Positions 1-7,910 of a stretch of 28,726 bases of DNA are shown here, piece after piece. The notes beneath the pieces are model-generated. The model was not told the DNA's origin. It ran no database searches and worked only from the letters and a program-made list of their open reading frames with translations. This DNA is from Candidatus Micrarchaeaceae archaeon (GTDB lineage Archaea > Micrarchaeota > Micrarchaeia > Micrarchaeales > Micrarchaeaceae). Every line of letters begins with the position of its first letter. Position 1 is the stretch's first letter. The DNA lies in contig JBEKES010000008.1 of NCBI GenBank assembly GCA_050013715.1, positions 1-28,726 on the forward strand, read 5' to 3'. The translations under genes were made by a program, and so were the position numbers.

Positions 1-20
1 TGGCTGAAACAAACAATTTA

Positions 21-773
21 TTGTCGAGCGTTACAAGCCAGATAATACTGATACTCGTTTTTGTTGCGATCCTCTTTGCCGTATTCTCGATTGCAATTAT
101 ATGGCTTTTGGTGCACAACTTCTACGCAGCTAGCTACTATACGATTTCAGCTTTATTTGACGCAAACGGAGAGAATTCGGCAACATTCATCACAGCAGCA
201 ATACATGCCTCAAGCTTTGGAGGTGCGTTCTACGAATTGGTAGCTGTGTCGCTGATAGATGGAATTGCAAAGGCAGTAATAGTTGGATTTATACTTGCTG
301 CATTCATAGAGTTATTGTCGAACATAGACATAAAATCAAAGCTTGACATCATAAGTTCGAAAAGGCTCAAGAATCATGTCATAATCTGCGGCTATTCCAT
401 GCTTGCGGAAAGATTATGCAAAGATCTCACCAAGCAGAAGGCGCATTTTGTTATAATAGACAACGACTACGAGAAGGTAAACTATCTGAGAGACCTTAGC
501 TATAACGTAATAGATGGCGACTTTACAGAAAAGAAGATCCTTGAGAGCGCATCATTGGGCAACGCAAAGGCGATAATATTCGCAACGGAAAGCGACTTCG
601 TGAATCTGCTAGGCATAGTGACAGCGCATCATATGTATCCAAATGTTAAAATCGTTGCCCGTGCAAGAAGCGAATCAAGCGTAAGAAAATTGCAGAGGGG
701 AGGCGCAGAGCTGTGCCTTGTGCCAGAAGTAGTAGCAGGAATAGAACTAGGTGAAAGAATACTGAAGGTGTAA
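21..773 (+). CDS. Potassium-channel-like membrane protein with C-terminal TrkA-N/RCK domain; no recognisable selectivity filter
   Basis: Two hydrophobic segments, then HVIICGYS..., VIDGDFTEKKILESASLGNAKAII, IVARA...LQRGGAE typical of TrkA-N. TTG start. Confidence 0.8.
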   Translation: MSSVTSQIILILVFVAILFAVFSIAIIWLLVHNFYAASYYTISALFDANGENSATFITAAIHASSFGGAFYELVAVSLIDGIAKAVIVGFILAAFIELLSNIDIKSKLDIISSKRLKNHVIICGYSMLAERLCKDLTKQKAHFVIIDNDYEKVNYLRDLSYNVIDGDFTEKKILESASLGNAKAIIFATESDFVNLLGIVTAHHMYPNVKIVARARSESSVRKLQRGGAELCLVPEVVAGIELGERILKV

Positions 774-775
774 TC

Positions 776-1522
776 ATGGCAAATCTAAAAAGGACCCAAT
801 ATACGATGATCTTGATAATATTGGTATTATTCATTGCTTCCATAATTATAACAATAATCGCTGGGGTAAGCCCATCCGTATCAGTTGTAGATGCAGCGCT
901 TGACGCCCTTGAAGTCAATTACAATCTAATACAGCTTTCCATTGCATCAAATCCGTTGATACTTGCGGCAAAAATTCTCGATGCCATGGTATTCCCGGTG
1001 CTTACGGTGCTTCTTGCTGCATGGTTCTTTGACTTCATCAATCATGTAAACATAAAGGAAAAAATCGAAATTTCAAGAATACAAAAGCTGGAGGGCCATG
1101 TGATATTGGTGCCCTACAACAATTTCTGCAAAGCCATACTCAAGGAGCTCAAGAATTCAGGAATAAAAACAGTTACAATAGTTGAAAACAAGAAGGAGCT
1201 TATGCAGCTCTACAGAAATGGAGAGCTTGCAATACATGGTGATGTTCGATCCATAGAGACGTTCGAGATAGCAAGAATCAGCAAGGCAAGGGCAATAATT
1301 GCCTGCAGCAAGGATGACGTCCAAAATGCATTGATAGCAATAACTGCAAAAACTGCAAACCCGCACATAAAGATAATATCAAGAGCAAATGAAGAGGAGA
1401 ACGTGAAAGGACTCATGAGCGCCGGTGCCTACAAGACATTCATCCCTGAGGACAGCGCAGGGGAAGAGATTGGTAAGGAAATTTCAAGGAGAGTATTGAC
1501 AAAAAGAACCATGAAAACATAA
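776..1522 (+). CDS. Second channel-like membrane protein with TrkA-N/RCK domain (paralogue of the upstream gene)
   Basis: Two TM segments, then GHVILV..., AIHGD...ARISKARAII...DVQNALIAITAK..NPHIKIISRA...AGA. Starts 2 nt after the previous stop. Confidence 0.8.
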   Translation: MANLKRTQYTMILIILVLFIASIIITIIAGVSPSVSVVDAALDALEVNYNLIQLSIASNPLILAAKILDAMVFPVLTVLLAAWFFDFINHVNIKEKIEISRIQKLEGHVILVPYNNFCKAILKELKNSGIKTVTIVENKKELMQLYRNGELAIHGDVRSIETFEIARISKARAIIACSKDDVQNALIAITAKTANPHIKIISRANEEENVKGLMSAGAYKTFIPEDSAGEEIGKEISRRVLTKRTMKT

Positions 1523-1524
1523 TT

Positions 1525-1580
1525 CGCCTGCGCCGTAGCGCAGGCGCGTCCCTGAGGTTGACCAAGATCTACTTGGCGCT
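1525..1580 (-). ncRNA. Candidate small structured antisense RNA
   Basis: Minus-strand TATA (GATATAAATA, 1610-1601) lies about 25 nt upstream. The RNA would contain a CCAAG/CUUGG hairpin and a perfect 9-bp terminal stem closed by a C(UACG)G tetraloop. It is complementary to 1762-1804. Confidence 0.5.
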
Positions 1581-1600
1581 AATATTAGTGAACATTCAAG

Positions 1601-1661
1601 TATTTATATCTTATCCTTTAGTATCTATTTATTTATTAAAGTAAACAAATAGATATAAATA
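1601..1661. promoter_or_regulatory. Divergent pair of archaeal TATA boxes
   Basis: Identical GATATAAATA on the minus strand (1610-1601) and plus strand (1652-1661) in an AT-rich spacer. Confidence 0.6.
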
Positions 1662-1793
1662 AACAAGCAATCAGAATAGTATCAAGAAAGTTGCGCATAC
1701 CTGCGCCATACAAGTTGGTAACCTGCGATGTGTGGGTGCTTTTTCTGGGGTTGTCTGCAATGTAGCGCAAGGTGCGTTTTCCGAGGTTAGCCG

Positions 1794-2084
1794 ATGGGAT
1801 CTACAAACAAATGCGAGCGTGAGCTAGAGAGGTGCATTGATGCCATGGTGGATGAAGCGAACAAGGCCTATTCTGCGGAACTGAATGAAAATGCAGAGAT
1901 AGATGCAAGAATGAGAGACATAGATCTACGAGACAAGCTAGTACAACAAATAAAGGAGGAAATCATTTACAAGAAGATAAGCGAAAGAATGATGCACGAG
2001 CAAATGAAGAGCATTGTCTACGAGATTAATGTAAGGATAAGCAGCGAGAATCTGTCATCTGCACTGGTCCGCAAATATGAATAA
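1794..2084 (+). CDS. Hypothetical 96-aa charged, helical protein with long structured 5' leader
   Basis: GAGGT SD at 1783-1787, upstream TATA and downstream poly-T. No recognised family. Confidence 0.65.
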   Translation: MGSTNKCERELERCIDAMVDEANKAYSAELNENAEIDARMRDIDLRDKLVQQIKEEIIYKKISERMMHEQMKSIVYEINVRISSENLSSALVRKYE

Positions 2085-2106
2085 TAGGAATTCTGAACCT
2101 GCCATG

Positions 2107-2140
2107 TTTTTTTTCTTTTTCTTTTTTATTTTTATATTTT
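2107..2140 (+). terminator. Oligo-T terminator (overlaps the probable TATA of the next gene)
   Basis: Long T-tract about 20 nt after the stop at 2084. Confidence 0.55.
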
Positions 2141-2157
2141 CCCTATGATAATCTAGC

Positions 2158-2697
2158 ATGAATGATATTGAGATTAAAAACTGCAGTAATGTTTACGAGC
2201 CACGGGAGGATTCCTACCTGCTTGCAAAATGCGTTGAGAAATATGCATTCGGCAACACGCTTGATCTTGGTGCAGGAACAGGAATACAGGGCATAACAGC
2301 AGCAGGAAAAGGATGCAAAGTCACTTTTGCAGATATTGACAGGAGTGCAGTACATTGCTGCAAAAGAAATGCAACTTTGAACAAGATTGATGCAAAATTT
2401 GTAGTTTCGGATTTGTTTAGCAACATAAATGGCAAATTCAATACCATAATATTCAATCCGCCGTATCTTCCAAGCGATGATAAGAAGCATTTGGCCTACG
2501 ATGGAGGAAAATCAGGAAGAGACTTGATAAATAGGTTCATGAATTCCTACAAAAGCAAAGTTGCAGAAGATCATGTTGTTCTTTTGCTGGAAAGCTCTTT
2601 CAATGATTATGGGAAAGACGTAAAAAAACTAAAGGCAAAAGTGGTAGCAAAGGAGCATTACTTCTTTGAGGATTTGGTTGTGCTGCTTTTTGAATGA
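2158..2697 (+). CDS. HemK2/Mtq2-family SAM-dependent methyltransferase (putative aRF1 Gln methyltransferase)
   Basis: VYEPREDSYLL, LDLGAGTG, FNPPY, DGGKSG and FFEDL motifs. Confidence 0.88.
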   Translation: MNDIEIKNCSNVYEPREDSYLLAKCVEKYAFGNTLDLGAGTGIQGITAAGKGCKVTFADIDRSAVHCCKRNATLNKIDAKFVVSDLFSNINGKFNTIIFNPPYLPSDDKKHLAYDGGKSGRDLINRFMNSYKSKVAEDHVVLLLESSFNDYGKDVKKLKAKVVAKEHYFFEDLVVLLFE

Positions 2698-3602
2698 GTA
2701 GCATCTTTCTTCGAGTAAAATTTGCCCGCTGCGTTGGCCCATAGTCCATTGCTTTTCAGAACATGACCCATTAATCCAAATGCAAGAGATGATTTCTTCT
2801 CCTTGATTGAATCCAATGTATTGAGCTTTTCATTTGACAATTTCCAGCCCCAGGCGCCAGCATTTTCCAATACGTGCTGTTTGTCGCTAGCTTTCGGTAT
2901 GACAACTACCTCCTTTTTTGACAATAACCAATTCAGTGCGACTTGGGCAGGTGTCTTGCCATGCTCTTTTCCTATGCTTTCAAGCACATTCAATACATTA
3001 GCGTATTTTGGATCGAAAATGGCGCCATGCGCAAACGGGCTGTATGCTATAATAGTTATCTTGTTCTTCGCACAGAATTCAGTCAATTCGTTTTCTATGT
3101 CCCTAACTATTATGCTGTATTCAACCTGATTAGAAACAATATCGTATTTCTTCGTTGATTCCTGGGCTTCCACCATTTCATCAATGTTGAAATTGCTGAC
3201 CCCGATGTAGCTTATCTTTCCCTGATCCACAAGATCCTCCATCGCATGCATTGTTTCACCTATCGGCACTCTATGATTCGGCCAGTGCAGTTGATAAAGG
3301 TCTATGTGGTTAACATTAAGGTTCTTCAGGCTGGCGTTGCAGGATTTGATCACATCATCGTATCTGAAATGGTTTGGAGATACTTTTGTAGCTAGGAATA
3401 CATCCTCCTCGTTTTTTATTGCATTGGCTACTATCCATTCGGAGCCGTACATTTCTGCAGTGTCAACAAAACGCATTCCAGAAGCAATTGCCGCCTCTAT
3501 CGCTTCCTGGTCCATCCGTGGATCATTTCCCATTTTCCAGGTGCCAATCCCAATGGAAGGTATTTTCTGGCCGGTCTCGTTAAGCAGCTTATATTCCGCC
3601 AT
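2658..3602 (-). CDS. Aldo/keto reductase
   Basis: IGIGTW, VDTAEMYG, ATKV, DLYQLHWP, IGVSNF, AYSPF, AQVALNW and IPKA motifs. ATG at 3602 preferred over the track start at 3617. Confidence 0.95.
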   Translation of the reverse strand: MAEYKLLNETGQKIPSIGIGTWKMGNDPRMDQEAIEAAIASGMRFVDTAEMYGSEWIVANAIKNEEDVFLATKVSPNHFRYDDVIKSCNASLKNLNVNHIDLYQLHWPNHRVPIGETMHAMEDLVDQGKISYIGVSNFNIDEMVEAQESTKKYDIVSNQVEYSIIVRDIENELTEFCAKNKITIIAYSPFAHGAIFDPKYANVLNVLESIGKEHGKTPAQVALNWLLSKKEVVVIPKASDKQHVLENAGAWGWKLSNEKLNTLDSIKEKKSSLAFGLMGHVLKSNGLWANAAGKFYSKKDATHSKSSTTKSSKK

Positions 3603-3696
3603 ACATACAGTTTGCACTTTTACCTATTAATTAGTTTCTAAATTTAGATCAGTAGCATTAGATTTGCATAATCCTAATCGAAGATAATGGTTTTTG

Positions 3697-3772
3697 AAAA
3701 CCGAAATGGAATATTAATGCTGTAATTAAATTGCAAAAATTATGAAGTCGTAAAACCGAAATGAAAACCGAA
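3697..3772 (+). repeat. Three AAAACCGAA(ATG) direct repeats, candidate operator
   Basis: Copies at 3697-3708, 3752-3763 and 3764-3772, upstream of TATTTATA boxes at 3786 and 3807. Confidence 0.55.
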
Positions 3773-3832
3773 GAGATTTGGTAGGTATTTATAGCCATTA
3801 GTTCAATATTTATACATTAGTGGGTGTGTAAA

Positions 3833-5728
3833 ATGACAAAAACCGGAGATACAAAAAAACAGATATTAGAATTACTTAAACACAAAAATGAAACACTAAC
3901 AGACATAAGCAACATATTGAAACTTGCGCCATCAACAGTGAGCCAGCATCTGCAGGAGCTTGTTGATGCAGGATTGATAAAGCAGGTGGATGACCGTCCA
4001 AGGAAATGGAAATACTATGAAATAAATAAAAATTATGTCCAAAACAGTATGAACTTCTCAGTGCATAGATACGTAATACCAACAATTATTGTTTTGGTTA
4101 TAGCGATATTCGCATTTGGATTTTATCTTTCAGGGAACAGGGGCAATACAGTTAATACGCTATCAACGGTTCCACTTACAACAGCATCGTTGCAGCAGGT
4201 ATATCTTGCTTCAAATTCTACAGTTCCGCAGGGAAGCACAGTATTCTCAGTCTCTGATGCACCAACATCCTACAATATAACTTCATTGCTGGTAACAGTT
4301 GATAGCGCGGAGATACACAGCGTAACAACAGGCCAATGGTATACCATACCTTTGCAGACATCTACGTTCAATCTGATTAAATTAAAGGACATTTCGCAGG
4401 TAATTGCAGGCGCAAAGCTCAACCCGGGAATCTATGATCAGATAGTATTCCAAGTGTCCAACGTAACAGCAACAGCCAATGGAACAACTCAGAAAGTATA
4501 TCTTCCAAACAACATGCTTGACATAAAAGGCGCATTCAACATATCCAACACCACAAACTCAACCAACTGGATAAACATAGACTTCAATCTTGAAAGCTCA
4601 TTGCACATAGGATCCAACGGTCAGATAATCTTATTGCCAGTATTGTTCGTAAGGCACCTGAGCGACAGCAACTTAAGCGTAAACCAGAGCTCGATAATTA
4701 TTGCAAGAGGGCCAGGAAATGTACGCGCCTATGCAGAATACGGAATGAGCATAAACGGAAACCTCGTACAGAACTATTCTGAGCCCCAAAACATAAGCAT
4801 AGCGCCTGACGCGCAGGGCCAGCTAAGGCAGAACGGCTTTGGACCTACTCCGATAATAATAAGGAGCAACGGGGAGCTCTCCATAGGAGGAGATGCAGGC
4901 GCATTGCTTAACATAAGCTCGGGAAGCGCAAATGCCACAAATGCAACAAGCTCCAATCTTAGTATAGGAGCATCGGCAATCTTAATAAGAAGGTGCTATT
5001 ATCTGCCAATCGGTGGCGGAAACGCCAATGCACTGGAAACAGGACCGTACAACACTAACTGCATAAGAGAACCAATCTGCGACGTTCTGATCAATACAGG
5101 TAATGGAATAGTGTCGCCTTGCTGCAATAATTGCGAGGCATGCTTAACTGCAGCAAATTCTCAGGGCATTAATGCAACTGGAAACTGCTGCCAAGCAGGA
5201 GGACCTTCAAATGCTTTATGCAATAATTGCAAACTAGCCGGGAGCTGCTGCAGACCAGGACCCAATGCAGTAAATGGAAATAATTCAACGGCAAATTCAA
5301 TATTAAACTGCTGCAATTGGGGAATCGTAGTACCATCTCAGGGCCCATTGAACAACAGTTTGCAGTACAGGAAATGCATACCCATAGCCTATCCGATGTC
5401 GGTAAATGCCAATGGGTCAAACAATGCATCGGCAACTGCCTATCCTGGGCCTTCTCCAAGCACCATAATAAGCGCAACTGCGCTTAACAATGGAGCATAC
5501 ATAAACTGGAATTCCGGAAACAACGTGGGCGAAAGCGGGACATTAAGCATAACAAACAACAACAATAGCAATGTAACAACAAATTGCACAGTAAGCAACG
5601 GTGCATTGATTTGTGCCTACGGCAACGGATTGACAAGAATCACTATATCAAAAATAGGGGCCAGAACAGTCGGCCCAACTGCAGTAATACCAAATGCATC
5701 TGCAAATGGAGTTGTTACCATAAGATAA
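3833..5728 (+). CDS. Membrane-anchored ArsR-type HTH regulator with DUF4382-like and Cys-rich extracellular regions
   Basis: N-terminal TKKQILELL..TLTDIS..LKLAPSTVSQHLQELVDAGLI..RKWKYY. One TM. VSDAP...VTVDSAEIH...PGIYDQI...IDFNL...LLPV resembles DUF4382. 18 Cys in the C-terminal part. Confidence 0.8.
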   Translation: MTKTGDTKKQILELLKHKNETLTDISNILKLAPSTVSQHLQELVDAGLIKQVDDRPRKWKYYEINKNYVQNSMNFSVHRYVIPTIIVLVIAIFAFGFYLSGNRGNTVNTLSTVPLTTASLQQVYLASNSTVPQGSTVFSVSDAPTSYNITSLLVTVDSAEIHSVTTGQWYTIPLQTSTFNLIKLKDISQVIAGAKLNPGIYDQIVFQVSNVTATANGTTQKVYLPNNMLDIKGAFNISNTTNSTNWINIDFNLESSLHIGSNGQIILLPVLFVRHLSDSNLSVNQSSIIIARGPGNVRAYAEYGMSINGNLVQNYSEPQNISIAPDAQGQLRQNGFGPTPIIIRSNGELSIGGDAGALLNISSGSANATNATSSNLSIGASAILIRRCYYLPIGGGNANALETGPYNTNCIREPICDVLINTGNGIVSPCCNNCEACLTAANSQGINATGNCCQAGGPSNALCNNCKLAGSCCRPGPNAVNGNNSTANSILNCCNWGIVVPSQGPLNNSLQYRKCIPIAYPMSVNANGSNNASATAYPGPSPSTIISATALNNGAYINWNSGNNVGESGTLSITNNNNSNVTTNCTVSNGALICAYGNGLTRITISKIGARTVGPTAVIPNASANGVVTIR

Positions 5729-5730
5729 AT

Positions 5731-6213
5731 TTAGGCCCATTCGTTCCTTCCATCATTTAATTCGAATGGCACGTTCGGTGAATCTTCTGTAAACAGAGTC
5801 GTACCGAATATTGGCAGATCCTCTGGATCAATGACAGCATTTCGTAACAGATAGCTACGATTGTTATCCTGGAATTCTTCTGCCATTCTGGTTTTCAATA
5901 ATACAGATACTGTTTGCCTCAAAAGGTTATCAGGATGATGTTCCAGTGCCCTTAAGTATTTGGTTTCTATTTTTGGAGTTTCGGTATGCTGCAAAATAGA
6001 CAGCATTAAATCAGCATCTGGGGAATTTTTATCCGCAAAAGGTTTTGAAAGTATATGATTTATAACTCTTATTTTCCGTTCCGGTTCTGAGAATAATTCA
6101 CTAAGCGCGCTTTGGCGTACACCTACTTCTTGACTAAAAAGGCGTCCCACAAGTGGCATGTCTGTTTCTTTAAGTCCCTTTGGAACTACTATTGGGTCTT
6201 TTCCTGTTTGCAT
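5731..6213 (-). CDS. Hypothetical protein, possible HEAT/ARM-like helical repeats
   Basis: GTGAT SD before ATG 6213. LFSQEVGVRQSALSEL and LEHHPDNLLRQTV segments resemble HEAT repeats. Confidence 0.55.
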   Translation of the reverse strand: MQTGKDPIVVPKGLKETDMPLVGRLFSQEVGVRQSALSELFSEPERKIRVINHILSKPFADKNSPDADLMLSILQHTETPKIETKYLRALEHHPDNLLRQTVSVLLKTRMAEEFQDNNRSYLLRNAVIDPEDLPIFGTTLFTEDSPNVPFELNDGRNEWA

Positions 6214-6288
6214 ATTTATCACATTATTATTGCGTCTTTTCAGATATATATAGGTTTACTATGCTACGTTTATTGTCGATTTGACCTA

Positions 6289-6723
6289 TTATGACCTGCT
6301 TTGGCTTTGGGAATTTAAATTTCTTAGGTATTCGGTAGCTATTTCCGAAACATCTTTGTCATCTTTAGCTTCAATCAATGTTTTTTCCACTTCTTTGTAA
6401 AATAGCCCTGGTCCGTGGTTTGCCAATGCGAATGCCGCTCTGAACCTAACATATTTATTAGAGTCTTTTATCATCATCAATCGGATTGGAACTCGCAAAC
6501 TTGTGAATTCGTCAGGGCGCATTTCGGTCTTTTCTATTATGCTCACTGCAAGATCCCTTACATGTTCGTTATTGTCCCTAATTCCTTTGGAGCGAGCCCA
6601 GGTGAGAAAATTCCTATCCTTTGCAATTGAAGGCATTACGGAATCAACATAAATCCAATCTTCTTTTTTTGCAGATTCTATCAATTTTTCTATTGTTAAT
6701 GCACTTTTCGTTGTTGCAGCCAT
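6289..6723 (-). CDS. HEAT-repeat protein
   Basis: DNNEHVRDLAVSII and DSNKYVRFRAAFALA repeats. GTGGT SD before ATG 6723. Confidence 0.7.
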   Translation of the reverse strand: MAATTKSALTIEKLIESAKKEDWIYVDSVMPSIAKDRNFLTWARSKGIRDNNEHVRDLAVSIIEKTEMRPDEFTSLRVPIRLMMIKDSNKYVRFRAAFALANHGPGLFYKEVEKTLIEAKDDKDVSEIATEYLRNLNSQSQSRS

Positions 6724-6770
6724 TTTTACCACATACTATTGCAGCTCATAAGATATAATAAATTTAGCTT

Positions 6771-6826
6771 TGCAATGTGGGATTTGAACCTTAACTTTTG
6801 TGGGCTTAGGTTTCAGCTACCATGCA
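6771..6826 (-). pseudogene. Degenerate tRNA-like fragment (decayed copy of tRNA-Ser 3' part)
   Basis: 6779-6804 matches 8822-8847 at 21/26 nt, including an intact GGTTCAAATCCC T-loop. No anticodon arm. Confidence 0.45.
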
Positions 6827-6879
6827 GATACGTGCACATTTAATAACTTTCCAGGATAAATATTTCCTGAGGTTATTAA

Positions 6880-7797
6880 ATGGCAGGAAGTAAATCTGGA
6901 AATAATATGATAATGATAGTGGCAGCGGTAGTTGTAGTGATAATTATCGTTGCGGCAGCTGTATTGCTTACTGGCAAGGGCGGCGCGCAGCGATCGACTA
7001 CGATTGCAACAACCACGGCAGGAACGTCAACACTAGGCAGCACGTCCATTGCAGCTACAACGGTCAATACAACCACGGTAACGCAGCAAAGCAACAACAC
7101 GTTCTCGTCGTGGGAGGGAAAGAACCTGTCTCTTAACACATTCAGCCAGGAGCTTGGACAGGATACATTCGCAAAGCTGGCTTCGGTTAATGCACTCTAT
7201 GACTTTAATATCTCGATAACTGAAAGCACAAATACCACGAAATTGAACGGATCATTAATGCAGGAACTCTATCAGAACAGCTCAAGAACCACCACGAATC
7301 TAACATACTCTGGCCACAATATACAGACGGTTAGCATATACAACGCATCTTCACACACATCCTACACATGCAGCGGTGCAAGCGGCTCCTACACGTGCTA
7401 TGTAACAAGCCTTAATGAGAGCATAAGCAACGGCAACAGTGCCATAAACTATGTAATAAGCAAGGGAGGCGCAAACACAACAGTAAACGGGTACTTCAGC
7501 AACATACAGGTATCTGACAGCAGCGTCAACGGCCAACCATGCACGCTGATAACCGGCAATCTATACGTCAATGCAGTATCGGCAAAGGGCAGCTATGTGC
7601 TGAGCAATGGAATATTGAGCGCCTGCATATCAAATCAGAACAACCTTTCGTTGAAGACAATCTTGGCAGGCACCACCAAGTTGACAACCGGCAGCTCAGC
7701 TCAGAACGGAAGTTTCAATTACACTGAAACTTTGATAGGTAGCGGTTCAGCACCAACAGCAGCCATAACGGCACTGCCTGGCCCGGTAACAACATAA
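6880..7797 (+). CDS. Membrane-anchored Ser/Thr/Asn-rich cell-surface protein
   Basis: N-terminal TM, Thr-rich linker, many N-x-S/T sequons and four Cys. GAGGT SD. Confidence 0.75.
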   Translation: MAGSKSGNNMIMIVAAVVVVIIIVAAAVLLTGKGGAQRSTTIATTTAGTSTLGSTSIAATTVNTTTVTQQSNNTFSSWEGKNLSLNTFSQELGQDTFAKLASVNALYDFNISITESTNTTKLNGSLMQELYQNSSRTTTNLTYSGHNIQTVSIYNASSHTSYTCSGASGSYTCYVTSLNESISNGNSAINYVISKGGANTTVNGYFSNIQVSDSSVNGQPCTLITGNLYVNAVSAKGSYVLSNGILSACISNQNNLSLKTILAGTTKLTTGSSAQNGSFNYTETLIGSGSAPTAAITALPGPVTT

Positions 7798-7810
7798 TCG
7801 TTTAGATTTG

Positions 7811-7845
7811 GCAGATTCGTTCGGATCTGCAATTTCTTTTTCTTT
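7811..7845 (+). terminator. Hairpin plus T-tract terminator
   Basis: GCAGATTC-GTTC-GGATCTGC stem followed by TTTCTTTTTCTTT, between convergent genes. Confidence 0.55.
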
Positions 7846-7910
7846 AAATTTAGCGCAGCTCAGAAGCTATAATTCGCCATTGTACGGATTTGGGTTCTAA
7901 AATCATGCTA

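Noticed and set aside
1525..1580. Split-tRNA half or hammerhead ribozyme interpretation of the GC-rich element
   Set aside because: No D arm, anticodon arm or T-loop consensus, and no CUGANGA/GAAA core.
2658..2697. 40-bp convergent overlap of the methyltransferase and aldo/keto reductase genes
   Set aside because: Short tail-to-tail overlaps are common in compact genomes and there is no further signal.
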